From NCBI GenBank assembly GCA_964016885.1, contig OZ024740.1, positions 343,666,001-343,730,000 on the forward strand: a DNA stretch of 64,000 bases, read 5' to 3'. The DNA comes from Eledone cirrhosa. Lineage: Eukaryota. Shown piece by piece: positions 30,593 through 44,339 of this stretch. The stretch's first letter is position 1; each line of letters opens with the position of its first letter. Both the position numbers and the translations under genes were made by a program. The notes under the pieces were generated by a model. That model was not told where the DNA came from and did not search any database. It was given only the letters and a program-made list of their open reading frames with translations.

Positions 30593-30978
30593 ATACTTTG
30601 GGAGGGTCCTGTTGCCAATAAGAAACACACGCACCAGTTGCTTTCACTTCAATTTATTATAAAACAAAATGGCGTAGGACAGAACAAAGGAGAGGCACAG
30701 AAACAAAGAAAGGAATCCCCAGTCACTGAAGAGGTCACAGAGTGTGTGACGAAAGAACTATGACAATATATAAACAACTATCTGGTTGTGGAACCAACCA
30801 ACCAGTCAGAAATTTATAAATTTATAAATTTATTATAAATTTATTATAATAAATTGAAGTGAAAGCAACTGGTGCGTGTGTTTCTTATTGGCAACATGAC
30901 CCTCCCAAAGTATAACAATATCGGTTTCAACACACGATTTCAGATAAAGAATCTTGCTAAACAAATTCAGAAACGAAA
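30587..30978 (+). mobile_element. HHR element family C fold-back
   Basis: Arms 30587-30660 and 30846-30919 plus a one-sided extension of about 60 bp; relatives at 42165-42338 and 50905-51200. Confidence 0.8.
30722..30764 (+). ncRNA. Minimal type I hammerhead (family C)
   Basis: GTCA-CTGAAGA-G-GTCACA-GAGTG-TGTGAC-GAAA-GAAC-TA-TGAC, with one extra G before helix II. Confidence 0.72.
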
Positions 30979-31314
30979 TATATATATATATTTATATATA
31001 TATTATACATGTTTGTGTGCGGCGTGTGTTTGTACATGTGAAAGAAACTATGACTTAAGTTCTTGATCAGCAAGTATTGTAAGTTTGTATAAAACAATTT
31101 ATTTATAGTGTGTTTTGCGGGGCTGCTTTTGTCCATCGAATATCCTAATTTATTGTACGTGATTATCAAAGTTGTTAATGACGACATCAGTAGATTAGTG
31201 GAGTACACATTCTTTACCTTTTTCATCTGTAAATTTCACCTGTATTATCATTACAGAAAGTGAAATCCGGGCTACTTGTCTTAGCTCACGTCGTTTTAGC
31301 AGCGTGTGGATACC

Positions 31315-31345
<31 letters not shown>

Positions 31346-31414
31346 CTGTGTGTGTGTGTTTGTGTATATGTATATTATCTATATGTATATACATATATAT
31401 ATATATATATTTAT

Positions 31415-31590
31415 TTATTAAAATAACAGATTAAAGTTTAAGCAAAGAATCGCTGATTTCACCATTAACGGGATTTTCATATTTATTATTATAACTATAT
31501 AAATATATATTTATTAAAATAACAGATTAAATTTTAAGCAAAGAATCGCTGCTTTCACCCGTAACGGGATCTTCATATTTATTATTATAA

Positions 31591-31592
<2 letters not shown>
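31415..31592 (-). repeat. Two tandem copies of a unit of about 96 bp with a degenerate HHR-like motif
   Basis: Direct repeats start at 31415 and 31511. Minus strand reads ATGAAGA-T-CCCG-TTA-CGGG-T-GAAA. Confidence 0.6.
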
Positions 31593-31650
<58 letters not shown>

Positions 31651-31656
<6 letters not shown>

Positions 31657-32048
31657 AAAAGGAAAAGAAAATGCTGACAAATTGTTCCCAGTGAAAAATA
31701 GTTTAATTAGGAATAAGTAAAAATTAGTAATAAGTATTGGTTAGTGTTCAGTTTTGGTTTTAAGTTTTTACCGGTTGCGCATTTATAATGCTTTTCAAAA
31801 ATAATTTTGAGATAGAGCGCCCGTGATGTTTGCTCTAATCATTAGAGCAAACATCACGGGCGCAATTATATTTGAAAAGCATTAGAAATGCGCAACCGGT
31901 AAAAACTTAAAACCAAAACCGAATACTAACCAATACTTATTACTAATTTTTATTTATTCCTAATTAAACTATTTTTCACTGGGAACAATTTGTCAGCATT
32001 TTCTTTTCCTTTTACCAATATGTCATAACTCGTGTGTTACACCTCTAT

Positions 32049-32054
<6 letters not shown>
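31651..32054. mobile_element. Fold-back element family D (long copy) with degenerate hammerheads
   Basis: Palindrome of about 370 bp plus extension. TTGAAAA-GCATT-AGA-AATGC-GCAA-CCGG-TA at 31872-31901 and its mirror. Confidence 0.75.
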
Positions 32055-32099
<45 letters not shown>

Positions 32100-32122
32100 T
32101 GGGGAGAGAGAGAAAGAGAGAG

Positions 32123-32169
<47 letters not shown>

Positions 32170-33889
32170 TTCAGTCCTGAATTGGGCTGGGTTATGCCTG
32201 TTTTTAAATGTCCAAGGTACAATGTGTCTCGATGGTGCCACTAACACAAGATCAGGCCCAAAGAACTTTCTTTTTTTTCCGTTTCTTTTCCTCACATCCT
32301 TACCGCTAATTGCAGCGTTAAGCCTAAAACATCTCTCCCAAACTATGCGTCGTCTTATTGAGCGGAAATAAAATATGAATCCTTATCATCGAGTATTAAA
32401 TAAATGGAGTAGGACTCCTAATAATTACTATATACCACAAATCTATTTAATTAAATATCGAATTTACCGAGCTCATTTGATATATGTAATAAACAGAATA
32501 TTGGTGATAATAACAACAAAGCAAGCCAACGACGGTCATGAATTAGTATAGTTTACTTAGGGATTTTGTAGATAGTGTACTATTGTGACATACTATTATT
32601 ATCACAAGCTAGAACATTACCAGTTCAGCCTTCAATAAGAATAATCCAGTAAACCGTGTCGTATGCTAGAGATTGCCTTATAATGTAGCTATAGGACTAA
32701 CACAAAAGATCGATTTGTATTGCGTTATTTACAGTATGTGCTCCTTTTCCTATTCTAGAAATATGCAAATGGTGCACTGTACTTGAAAGTTAAATTTTGA
32801 TGAAGGTGCCTCTTTCCCTAACTTAAAGCGAGCCAATAAAAGTAACCTCTACGCGTCGTTTGATCTGCTAGACATAACAACCAAATTTTCCTCAAATCAC
32901 ATCAAACTGTGTAACATATATAAGGCATTGAACAATATAATCCCTGATGTACTAAAAGGTAGCTTTGTAACGACTTTGACAGTGCTGACAATGATGACAG
33001 TGCTGCCCAAGGGCTAAAGAACTTGGGCGAAATTTATTTATAAAACCGTGAAAAAGGGAACGAAAATATTCATGAACAGTTAGATGGTGATTAATTTTCA
33101 ATTTAAACCCAATCAAAACTACAGTCTTTATTCAAATCCTGGAATACTTATCTCTAAAACCAAAACTCATAAAAAGCTGTTTAGCTGTTTTGCAATCACC
33201 ACCCAATTTCACATGGAAATGTGTTACATCGCCCACCTGTATAATAAATATACCAAAAACGTTGTTAACTCTTACGAAACATAATTCTTTAATGGAAGTA
33301 AATTGAAGTAGTAACATCAAATATTTCGCACATACATTCTCTTAATAAAAATCATTAGTGTGAACCATAGCGACTTCGTGGCAAACAAGGTTGTTGGCAT
33401 CATTAAAGAAAGAAATAATCAATCTAAGCACTTAAACTTGAATTTTGCTATGTGGTGAAATCGCCCATTAGTAAGCGATATAGTCCATATTATGAAACGC
33501 TTCTATAAAGAGTAAAAAAAGTAGTTTTTAAAGGTTTCTTTTTCTCCTAGTATGGTTATGCCTAATTTGGTTTTTGCGTGTCACCGTTTTAAATATATTG
33601 ACACCAACTTAACTAATGTTTTGGTTTTTATAGGGACAGCGTCTCTGGGAAACTAACCTCAAAGATCTATTATTTTAAATACACTGATTTTTCACGCATA
33701 ATTTTCTACAATATAAGACATACACTTAACGATTTTCTGATAACAACAAATACTGTGACGTTTATGTTTAGCTAAAATAGTCTCATACAATTGGAATATG
33801 TTAAGAAATGTCTGCCTTACTCATGGAAATGTTTACAATATAATTAGTCATTGTTTTAATGCAATCTTTTCGTCACTGCATTCCGTACA

Positions 33890-34281
33890 TACTCTCAGGT
33901 CTTGAATAATGCCCTCCTCCCCCGCTTATTAAATTTTCAGATCTTTTGACACCTCCACCACCCGCACGCTTTTATTCCAACCCCACACCGCTTATTAATT
34001 TTTCTAATCTATCTCCGGCAGAAATTTATTGCAGGATTGTAAGTGATTCATATCAATACAGCAGCTGGAGAATCTAATATTAATTCTATTTTACATTAAA
34101 AAAACATTATATATGACAAAAAAAGAACATTACAAGAAATCTTATATTTACGAACGTACACTATACAATTAGCTATCCCTCCACCGTGTATTCCCTACCA
34201 CTTCGCTTATAGGAATTTAAGCAAATGTCCAACCGCCCCTCACAAATTCCACCCATTCCTATTATTTGAGACCCGAGAGTA
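33890..34281. mobile_element. MITE with 21-bp imperfect TIR
   Basis: TACTCTCAGGTCTTGAATAAT vs reverse complement of the right end TACTCTCGGGTCTCAAATAAT (3 mismatches). Confidence 0.75.
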
Positions 34282-34641
34282 CGTATATAAAAGGGGATAT
34301 TGCATACATATATATAATATATATGAAATTCCATGCGGGTGTCCTCGTGGATTCTGGTTTCGGCAAATATATTGTAGAAAGCACGGGTATTTAGAAAACT
34401 ACGAACATCTTTCTCTCATTCAGTAGGTATATACGCCATGTTACTATTAAACTAAATCTTGTAATACACTAAATATTGTACTTATCAATTAAGTAAATGA
34501 AATGCAAGTTCTTCTGGTTCTTCTGTCACGAAAGCAATTTTGCGTTTTACTTATGAACTATTCGATATAGTGCACGACCTGTTGGAAGAGAGGGTCGATA
34601 AAAAACCTGTTGTTTTTGCACACTCACATATATATATATAT

Positions 34642-34737
34642 ATGTATAACCCCGACGGCAGAGCTCAAGTCGTTTCGACGGGTATTTCCAGATATAGCCG
34701 TCGAAACGCCTTGAGCTCTGCTGTCGGGGTTATACAT
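34642..34737. repeat. GC-rich near-perfect hairpin between TA runs
   Basis: Arms of about 45 bp: ATGTATAACCCCGACGGCAGAGCTCAAG...CTTGAGCTCTGCTGTCGGGGTTATACAT. Confidence 0.85.
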
Positions 34738-34753
34738 TTTCCTATATATATAT

Positions 34754-34834
<81 letters not shown>

Positions 34835-34947
34835 TAAACATATGAAATTCGAAATATGTATACCTCAGGTCTCTTTTTTCTGTCTCCAGAGGCACTTTAC
34901 CTGATAGTCACAACTAGTATTTATAGTGATCGACTATTATTATCGTC

Positions 34948-35140
34948 AATTGCTTGTTTCTACTTTAGGCACAAGGCCAGCAATTACCCAGTGCATTACT
35001 GCTACTTTTATTTTATCGACCCCGTAAGGATGAAAGGCAAAGTCAACCTCGGCGGGATTTGAACTCAGATCGTAAAGGGACGTAACTATGCTGGAAAGCA
35101 TGGCGTACGACCCTCTACAGATACTGCCAATCCACCGCCC
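34948..35140 (-). mobile_element. Full-length SINE S1
   Basis: Same head, B box, core and tail as 1403-1625. Confidence 0.9.
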
Positions 35141-35199
35141 AAATTGCGTTTGGACGGACGCATTTCCGATTTCAGATTTCCCAATACTTCTTAAGTCTT

Positions 35200-35263
<64 letters not shown>

Positions 35264-35411
35264 TAGGTTTTTTTACAAAATGAAAAAAAAACGAAATGTC
35301 CTACAGGAGTGAAAGTATAAGGAAAAAAGATAAAATCGAAAATGCAACTAGAGTCTTTTTAAAAATATTTATTTGGTTCCTGTACCGGTTTCGCAGTTCT
35401 TGTGCTTTTAG

Positions 35412-35455
<44 letters not shown>

Positions 35456-35589
35456 CGAAGGAAGTGTGGTAAGGAACAGATCTAGCTGTCGAAACGGCCA
35501 AGCTCAGCCGTCGGTGTCCTGACTCTTTTCCTCTCTCTTTATATATATATAAACATATATATGCATGTATATGTCTGTGTGTGCCTATG

Positions 35590-35684
<95 letters not shown>

Positions 35685-36125
35685 CGAGAGAGAGAGAGTC
35701 ACATACATGCGTTCATACATTCTAACACATACATTCTAACAAAGAGACATATATACGTAGATTACATTTGTGTCTAAGTGTATGTGTTATGAGTTACATC
35801 TACATATGGAATCATATATCACTGCAGCCAGTGTGAGACGTTTGCCTGTATAAATGTGTCGTTGATATGAAGATTTAGTTCTGATCAATGACGTAATATG
35901 TCACATGCTAGACCTCACACATAGCAGACACAAGCCGATTCAGTCTGTCGAGAATGCATCATTTCATCACATATAATGTTAATTGATACACACACTAAAA
36001 GACTAAAACATATATATAAGCATACAACTTGAAAATCTACGTTGTGTAAAGAAAATATCAGAAAGACAAAAGTGCTTTATTTCTCTCTCTGTCTCAATCT
36101 CAATCTCTCCCTCTATCCATTTATA

Positions 36126-36301
<176 letters not shown>

Positions 36302-36306
36302 ATATA

Positions 36307-36425
<119 letters not shown>

Positions 36426-37159
36426 ATATGTATGTATATATATATGTATGTATGTATGAATGCGTGTGTATGAATGTACATATCTATGTACACACGCACA
36501 TATACATATATATATCTAAGTATATATACGAATATGTATGAGTGCATGTGTTTATATACACATAGAGATAAGACATTCTTGTTAACTGCATTACAGCCAT
36601 AGTTGTCGTTACTAGTGCTGGTAGCGGCAATACGGTAACGAATAGAATAATACTAAAGATGATGATGACGATGATGATGATGAGGAGGGGGGAACACGAG
36701 GAGTGTAAGCATAATCATGATAATAAATGTTATGATGATGGTGACGATGATTGTGGTTTTGTTTTACATATTCCCGAGTAAAATACTAGCTATGTATTGG
36801 TATCGACTATGTCGGTTGTTCCAAAGCTATTATGTTAGTGTACTAAAAAGACGATTCTATTCCTGCAGATCAGAATGATAGATTAAAAGATTAAAATTTC
36901 GTTGAATAATTTGGATTAAGGTATTTTGATAAGGTCAGTCTATCTATTGTTTTCTATATGTGTCACGGACTACTTTATTCGATATGTCCAGTTTAAAGAT
37001 TGAGTTAGCTTTAGTTACTATTTCGACCGCACACCTTGAGCTAGCTTATTAGTGCCATATGGTATATGCAAAGCTTATAAATAGATATCCTATTCTTCAT
37101 TCATAGAAAAGACACCAGAATAATTGGCATAGAGACACTTATAGAAACACTCAAGACGT

Positions 37160-39400
37160 TGGCCTACAGCCAAGTCGTCTCCTCACTCTGTCTTTTCTAC
37201 TACTACAACTATACTACAACTATAATGGCCGCTCTTCTGCGGAATCGGCTGAGTTTGTGCCACTTCTACCCATTCAGTCCTGACTTACATACCTCTCCTC
37301 CTTTAGTCAACACTTCTATGTACAAAACCAAAACACTCAGACTGAATTATACACCCGGAACAAGCTCATCATAATGGAAGATTTCAATACTTGAGTTGGA
37401 AATGACTATAAAACATGGTATGACGCTGTTGGATTTTATGGAGGCGAAGCTATGAATTCAAATGAACTTAGGCTGCTTTCACTCTGCAAGGAATTTGATC
37501 TTAGTATCATTAATAGCTTTCTCTATAACCTGCAAACACGGATCCATCTCAGATTTAGGTTTGGCACATGATTGACTATGTCATCACACACACAGGCTAC
37601 CTAGAAAGTGTACAAAGATACCACCTATGCAGCTTCCGTAGAAATGTTAGGATTTCCTCTGACAAAACACCAGAGCTGGTTTCATGAAAGCAACGCAGAT
37701 CTCCAGAACCTTACCAGCGAGAGGCATAACCTGCACAACCTTTGGATTGTAGATAAAAAAAACAACTCAAGAGAAAGCGTCTAAAATTGTAAGCTGCAGG
37801 CATATCCCTCACTTAAAAAGATGAGGGATGCCTGGTGGGCAGCTAAAGCAGCTGAACTACGAGAAGCCGCGGGTAAAAAGACCTGAAGGGTCCGTGGAAG
37901 AGCAAACCAAATACAGTTCTATATACAGATAAAGCTGAGATACTCACTCGATGAACGAAACTCTTTGATAATATCCTAAATGTTGAATCAAACATAGATG
38001 AAGATGTGATATCATCTATTCTATAAAGGTCAGAAATACCCGAGCTTGAAGGAAGAACAAACCGCTATGAAGCAGCAGTCATCCGATAGAGCTCCTGAAA
38101 TTTTCAAATTTACAAATATGATGGTAAAAAACTGGTTCATAGGCTTTCTCGGCTATTTCTGGAAATCTGGAAGGGGGAACATGTTCCTCAAGACTTCCGA
38201 GGCGCATCTATAATCCATCTCCTTGAGAACAAAGGTACAAAATCTATCAGTGGTAACGTTAGCGACATCTTCCTTCTCAGTATTCATGCTCAACAGAAAT
38301 ACATCCATACTTGTTGATGATATCTACCCTAAAACCAATTTTATTTTCACATTAAGTCGGGGTACTATTGACATGATCTCCCTTTGCCAAGCTGCAGAGA
38401 TGGTTCGTGAAAAGTACTAAGTATTGTTTATGGTCTTTGTCGACTAAGCCAAAGCCTCTGATAGGGTCAACCAGAAAGCTCGCTGGAAAATCCTCAAAAG
38501 ACTTAACATACCTGAGAATATGCTGAATATCATCATGTATATTCATGAGAGTATGAAATCATCAATTATGTCAAATGGCGAATAACCCTTTGGTGTCATA
38601 AACGGTTCGAAGCAGGGTTGAGACGTTACTTCTGTTCTCATTGCTCTTTTCTTCTCTATAATTCTCCAGTATGTATTTGGCCACTTAGACACTGGTCACA
38701 TATTTTAATTCAGTAAATCAGGTGGGCTATTCAACCACCAACGCTTTAAAGCTGTATAAATGAGTCTGCAACGTTACTGGTGCCAAACTGTATCGGCCTT
38801 TGCAACTCCCTTGGACAACATCGGTAGCGCGGAGAAGCGTGATTGGTATGCATGGGCGACTGCTGGTCTTCAATAAACAACCGTGCTCGGACTTGTGTCT
38901 CCCAGGTAAACTTTCTAGGTACAAATCTCTTTTACCCTTTTACAGAAAAAAAATGTATATCAGTTTGGAGAGACTAAATTTAATAGAAGCTCGCCATTAG
39001 AGCGCTCTGTGGCGTCGAATTCTCTTCTTTGTCTTAGAAAAAGGTATATTTATGATTGTAATATATGGACAAAGTCGAGAAGATACCACAAGACTGCAGA
39101 TGTTTTCTATACAGGTTGAGTTGGGAGCATACTTAGGATTTCTTGGCGTGACCACATCACGAATGAAGAGTTCATGGACAGGGTCCAACTGAGTAATCTA
39201 TTGAATACCATCACCGTACGACGGCGTAAGATGCTTCACCATATTTAACACACGTGTAAGAAAAGACCAGTGACGGTCTAACTCGAATGGAATGAAAAGA
39301 GTCCCCGTGGGATGAAAGCATACCCGTCAAAATCTGGCTGAGGTTTTTGGAGGACCATTTGGGACCAGAATGCAAGATAATGATGATAAGAATTGCAACC
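37160..39400 (+). mobile_element. Heavily decayed RTE-clade LINE (APE and RT remnants)
   Basis: Fragmentary motifs IMEDFNT.VG, NELRLLSLCKEF, WHMIDYVIT, FRGASII, NGSKQG and ILRISWRDHITNEE, with many stops and frameshifts. Confidence 0.75.
38750..38925 (+). mobile_element. 3' part of a CORE-type SINE nested in the RTE remnant
   Basis: Homologous to 41100-41270 (ACGTTACTGGTGCCA..CTGTATCGGCCTT). Confidence 0.7.
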
Positions 39401-39859
39401 ATGCAAAATGGAGATCTCCCGTCACCTATGGTGCACACACGGGCATGTGGGTATATGTTTGGGTGGATGGATGTGTGTGGCTTTCGGTTTCTTCGTCGTC
39501 GAAATCCTATATTTATTTACTGAAAAATAAGGAGAGAATAACTAAAACCAAAATTAATTCATTAAAAATAATTTATTTATTTATTTAGAGATTTATCAAA
39601 AACGAAAATATACGATTGCTAAAAAGTGAAATTGAACACTTTGAGATCTTATCCCTTTTGATATCAAACGGCCTACAACCGTTCCTGATTCTATGATACC
39701 AAGCCGATTATTTGAAGTGTTTACATTTATCTAAAAATCTTCCATCATAATTGTATGTTAGTTCATTTGTTAAATCGCACACACACACATACACACACAC
39801 AAACACGCGCGCGCGCACACTCACACACACACACACACATATATATATACATACACACA

Positions 39860-40000
39860 CACAAGTACACGCACCCATACACACATATATATACACACAC
39901 ACAAGTACACGCACACACACACAAGTACACGCACACACACACAAGTACACGCACACACACACAAGTACACGCACACACACACAAGTACACGCACACACAC
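39860..40000. repeat. 20-bp minisatellite ACAAGTACACGCACACACAC (5-6 copies)
   Basis: Seen directly. Confidence 0.85.
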
Positions 40001-40339
40001 ACACACACACACAGCACAGACATGGATACATGCAGATATATGTGTGTGTGTGTGTCCGCGTGTAGGTGTGCGTATGTGTGTGTTTGTGTATGCGTGCGTG
40101 TGTCCTTCGTCTGCATATTATTTTTCTGTCTCTTTACTCTCCTACAAAGACCCACTTCCCTATTGATAGAAGCAGACTTAGCCAGAAGACCCAAACCGTT
40201 ACATATAATGGACAATAAGACAAAAAAACAAAAACAAAAACAAATGAAAGCGAAAAATAAACAGAGAAGGCGTTTCGTCCGCAAACAAAAGCTGCGTGAA
40301 TTAACGTACCTAGCAATTATATTCACACACGTATATATA

Positions 40340-40396
<57 letters not shown>

Positions 40397-40411
40397 TCCG
40401 TTAATGTATCG

Positions 40412-40446
<35 letters not shown>

Positions 40447-40514
40447 ATAATAATAAATTTGAAGACTAAAATCCAAAGAGGGCTCGATAAGGATAAATAT
40501 ATGTATACATATTG

Positions 40515-40548
<34 letters not shown>

Positions 40549-40982
40549 CGCATGCTTGTGAGTGTACACGTGCGGTGTGTGTATACACACACCGCACGTG
40601 TACACTCACACGCATGCGCACACACACCACACCCACCGACACACAAACACACACACAAGCACACACACACACACACACATATATATATAAAGTAATTGAT
40701 ACGTTATAAAGCTCAGACACGTGGAGTTATATCGACAAATTACGGGCGTTGTAATTGCCGTTTGGCGTCCAAGCCATCATGATAATTGCGTTGAATGTGT
40801 TGTTATTGTTGCTGTTGTAGTGGAAGTGGTGATGGTGGTGGCAGTAGTTTTTTTAGGTTTTTGTCGTGATAGACACAGCAGACTCCTGATCAAATGCGCT
40901 CCAGCCATAACTATTTCATTTTTATATATTTTCAAAGTATCTATTTTCTTTCCAATTTTTTTTTTGTACGAATATAAGTTAC

Positions 40983-41290
40983 ATGACTTACTAGTTAAGG
41001 TGTTGGGCTTGCAATCCTGAGATTGTGAGTTGGATTCCCGGACCCGATGATGCTTTGCGATCTTGAGCAAACACATTATTTCACGTTGCTACATTTCATT
41101 TAACTGTAGAAATGAGTTGCGACGTTACTGGTGCCACGCTGTATCGGCCTTAGCCTTTCCCTTAGTTAACATCGGTTGCGTGGAGTAAAGAGACTGGTAT
41201 GCATGGTTCATGGTTGACTGCTGGTCTTTTGTAAACAAAATTAGCCGGACTTGTGCATAGGAGGGAATCTTTATCCATTACCCTATGGCG
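40983..41290 (+). mobile_element. Decayed CORE-type tRNA SINE
   Basis: Head with GAGTTGGATTCCCGG and CORE-like CTTGAGCAAACAC...TTTCACGTTGCT. Confidence 0.72.
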
Positions 41291-41883
41291 TGATTTGATA
41301 TGATGATTATTTGGCTACTGGTTTTCTCATAGTTGCTGGTTTTCTTATAGTTGCTTTCGATTTTCTAAATGTACTTGATATTGTTATTGTTGGTGTTGGA
41401 GTGGTAGCTTGAAATTTTGAAGCTGTGGTTCTTGTGAAGCCCAAGTTTCAACAGACAAATGATCACAGTCATCCTGCTAGGAATATTCCATGTTTTTTTT
41501 TTGGGGGGGGGGGGGGGTATATCCAAAATTATATCTATTCTCTTTTCGTGTTTTTTATAAAATGGTATGGAGTGTTTTGACCCGAGGAAGATTTAACTAC
41601 TATATCTATCACGTCTCTTTATACACTGTTATTGTTGTTTTTGTAACTATAAAAAAGAATAGCTTACTTTTTTATTAATATTGATTTTAATTTGTGGGTA
41701 TTGATTTTATTGTTTCTTCACACATTTGCTGTTTATAACTATTGTTGATTCTATGATTCTATTGCGGCTTCTCTTAAAATGATTATTATCTTTATAATTG
41801 TTTTAATAAATAAATATATATATATATGTATTAACCCCCCCCCCCCCCCCCCCCTCATCGCCCTCACCCCCCTCACACACAGA

Positions 41884-41954
<71 letters not shown>

Positions 41955-42050
41955 CGACACAGGACCTCGACGGCTGAACTCCACCCGTTTTGACGACAGC
42001 TAGATCCGAACTCATATATATATATAAGTGTGTGTGTACATATATGTGCG

Positions 42051-42081
<31 letters not shown>

Positions 42082-42164
42082 GTTGCGTTTCGCTTCGTTT
42101 TTGACCACAGCCAAAATGCGATCTCGCTGAAATTATATTTGTATATATATATATATATATATAT

Positions 42165-42335
42165 ATTGTTATACTTTGGGAGGGTCATGTTGCCAATAAG
42201 AAACACATGCACCATTGCTTTCACTTCAATTTATTATAAATTTCTTATTGGCAACATGACCCTCCCAAAGTATAACAATATCGGTTTCAACACACGTTTT
42301 CAGATAAAGAATCTTGCTAAACAAACTCAGAAACG

Positions 42336-42338
<3 letters not shown>
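42165..42338. mobile_element. Family C fold-back, deleted form without HHR
   Basis: Same two termini as 30587-30978. Confidence 0.8.
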
Positions 42339-42405
<67 letters not shown>

Positions 42406-42929
42406 ATATATATAATATATATAACCAAAAGTAACGTGGACCCACAAAAACCCGGCCGACACAAACTTAAGCATAGACCCAGATACGGGCAAAATCCAAA
42501 CGTAGAAATCTAGAAATCTAGAAATCTAGAATGAAATGTAAATTAGGTCAGATTTTACCGATGGGGATTTTCTTTTAACAGCGGCAGCACCCAACTCCCT
42601 CTGACATTGACGCTACACCCCTCATTTTTCCTTATGCACGTGTAGGAAATTGTTGTTTTGACTGCACCTGCATCACGTGCATTGTTAATGCACATGTCTA
42701 CCAATGTTTGTTTCTGTTGTTGTAATGTTTGCGGTTTTATATGCAGTCTTATTTGGTGATAGAGTTGTCATTACTCTAGTTTTTGTTGTTCGATGTTTGT
42801 TTAGATTTTCTCTGTTTGCCTTTTTTGCTTTTTTTTTAAAACGAAATAAAATAATGTCCCACCTATGTGCGTGTTATTGTCATCGTTTAACTTCATCTTC
42901 ATCAACCTTGATATTCTTTTTCGTATACC

Positions 42930-43112
42930 CCCCCTCCTACTACTACTACTACTCCCCCTCCCCCTCCTCCTCCTATCCACCTCCTCCTATTTTCTTCCTT
43001 CCCTCTTCCCGTACCTCCTCCATCTTCTCATTAGCCTCATAACGATCATCAAGATCATTATGATAATCCTCCTCCTCCTCCTCATCATCATCATCATCAT
43101 CATCGACGTCGC

Positions 43113-43144
<32 letters not shown>

Positions 43145-43750
43145 TTGGAGTCGCCAATTAGATTCTTCGTTGACGCCGTTGTGGTGCTTATTAGCCTCGT
43201 CGATCGTTGCTTATCAATGTATTTATATTCGCATCACTTTCATGAACGTGGTTGGCGTTTACTCATCACAACATCGTCTACGACGACGACGACGACGTCC
43301 ACCACCACTGCTATCATCACCACCACTACCACCACCAGCACCACCACCACCAACCCACCAGCACCACCAGCACCAACCCACCAGCACCACCACCACCAAC
43401 CCACAACCACCATCAAAACCCGCACCACCACCGCCACCACCAACACCACCACCAACACCACCACCAACACCACCACCACCACCATCACCAACACCACCAC
43501 CACCACCACCATCAAAACCCGCACCACCACCACCACCATCACCCCCACCACCATCATCACCCCCACCATCAACACCACCAACACCACCGCCACCACCACC
43601 ACTACCACCACCACGACCAACCCACCACAGACCAACACCATCACAAACACCACCACTACTACCAGACCACCATCACCACCATCACCACCATCACCACCAC
43701 CAACACCACCAACACCATCACCAACATCAACATTATCATTAACATCATTA
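42930..43750. repeat. Compound trinucleotide repeats (CCT/CAT/CGT/CAC)
   Basis: Seen directly; source of the poly-T/P/H ORFs. Confidence 0.9.
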
Positions 43751-43885
43751 TAATGAGCATCAGTAATGTGACTTCAGCAGAGACTTATCTTTTTCTTCGA
43801 AACGTTCATTGCAGTTGCCATTCGTTTCTTGGTTCTTTTATTCGTCACCGAGATCATCGATCGTCATCATTCGTCATCAGTGATA

Positions 43886-44003
43886 TAATTGTTTCTACTT
43901 TTGGCACAAGGCCAGCAAATATCCAGTATATTACTGGTACTTTATTTTATCGACCCCGTAAGGATGAAAGGCAAAGTTAACCTCGGCGGGATTTGAACTC
44001 AGA
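43886..44003 (-). mobile_element. 5'-truncated SINE S1
   Basis: Tail, core and B box are present. Confidence 0.88.
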
Positions 44004-44339
44004 ATGGGCCGTATATAGTATATGGCGAAAACACCGTTACGTGGACATTTTGAAGAGCGAAAGTGAAAATAGAATTTTGATATTTATTCGAATAGAAGAT
44101 AAAATTGGTTCCAGAAATGACCATGGAAAGAGTATTGCTGTATATCTTGCAAAACAAACCATTATTCAAACAGTATATCTACCTATCTCATCAGACATAT
44201 AAATCATCAGACAAAACGTCAAGAATTATCTCTGGACACAGAGAGAAATATCTAATCTATCTTATCAGATAACTACACAAGATGTATATCTATATATCAT
44301 GCATTCATGAATATCAAAACTCTTCGTGTGTACATGTGG

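Noticed and set aside
32300-32370. CCGC-TAA...AAGC...GA-GCGG, twister-like
   Set aside because: P2, P4 and pseudoknot pairings do not fit.
39860-40000. Regular repeats suggestive of a CRISPR array
   Set aside because: No unique spacers; eukaryotic minisatellite.
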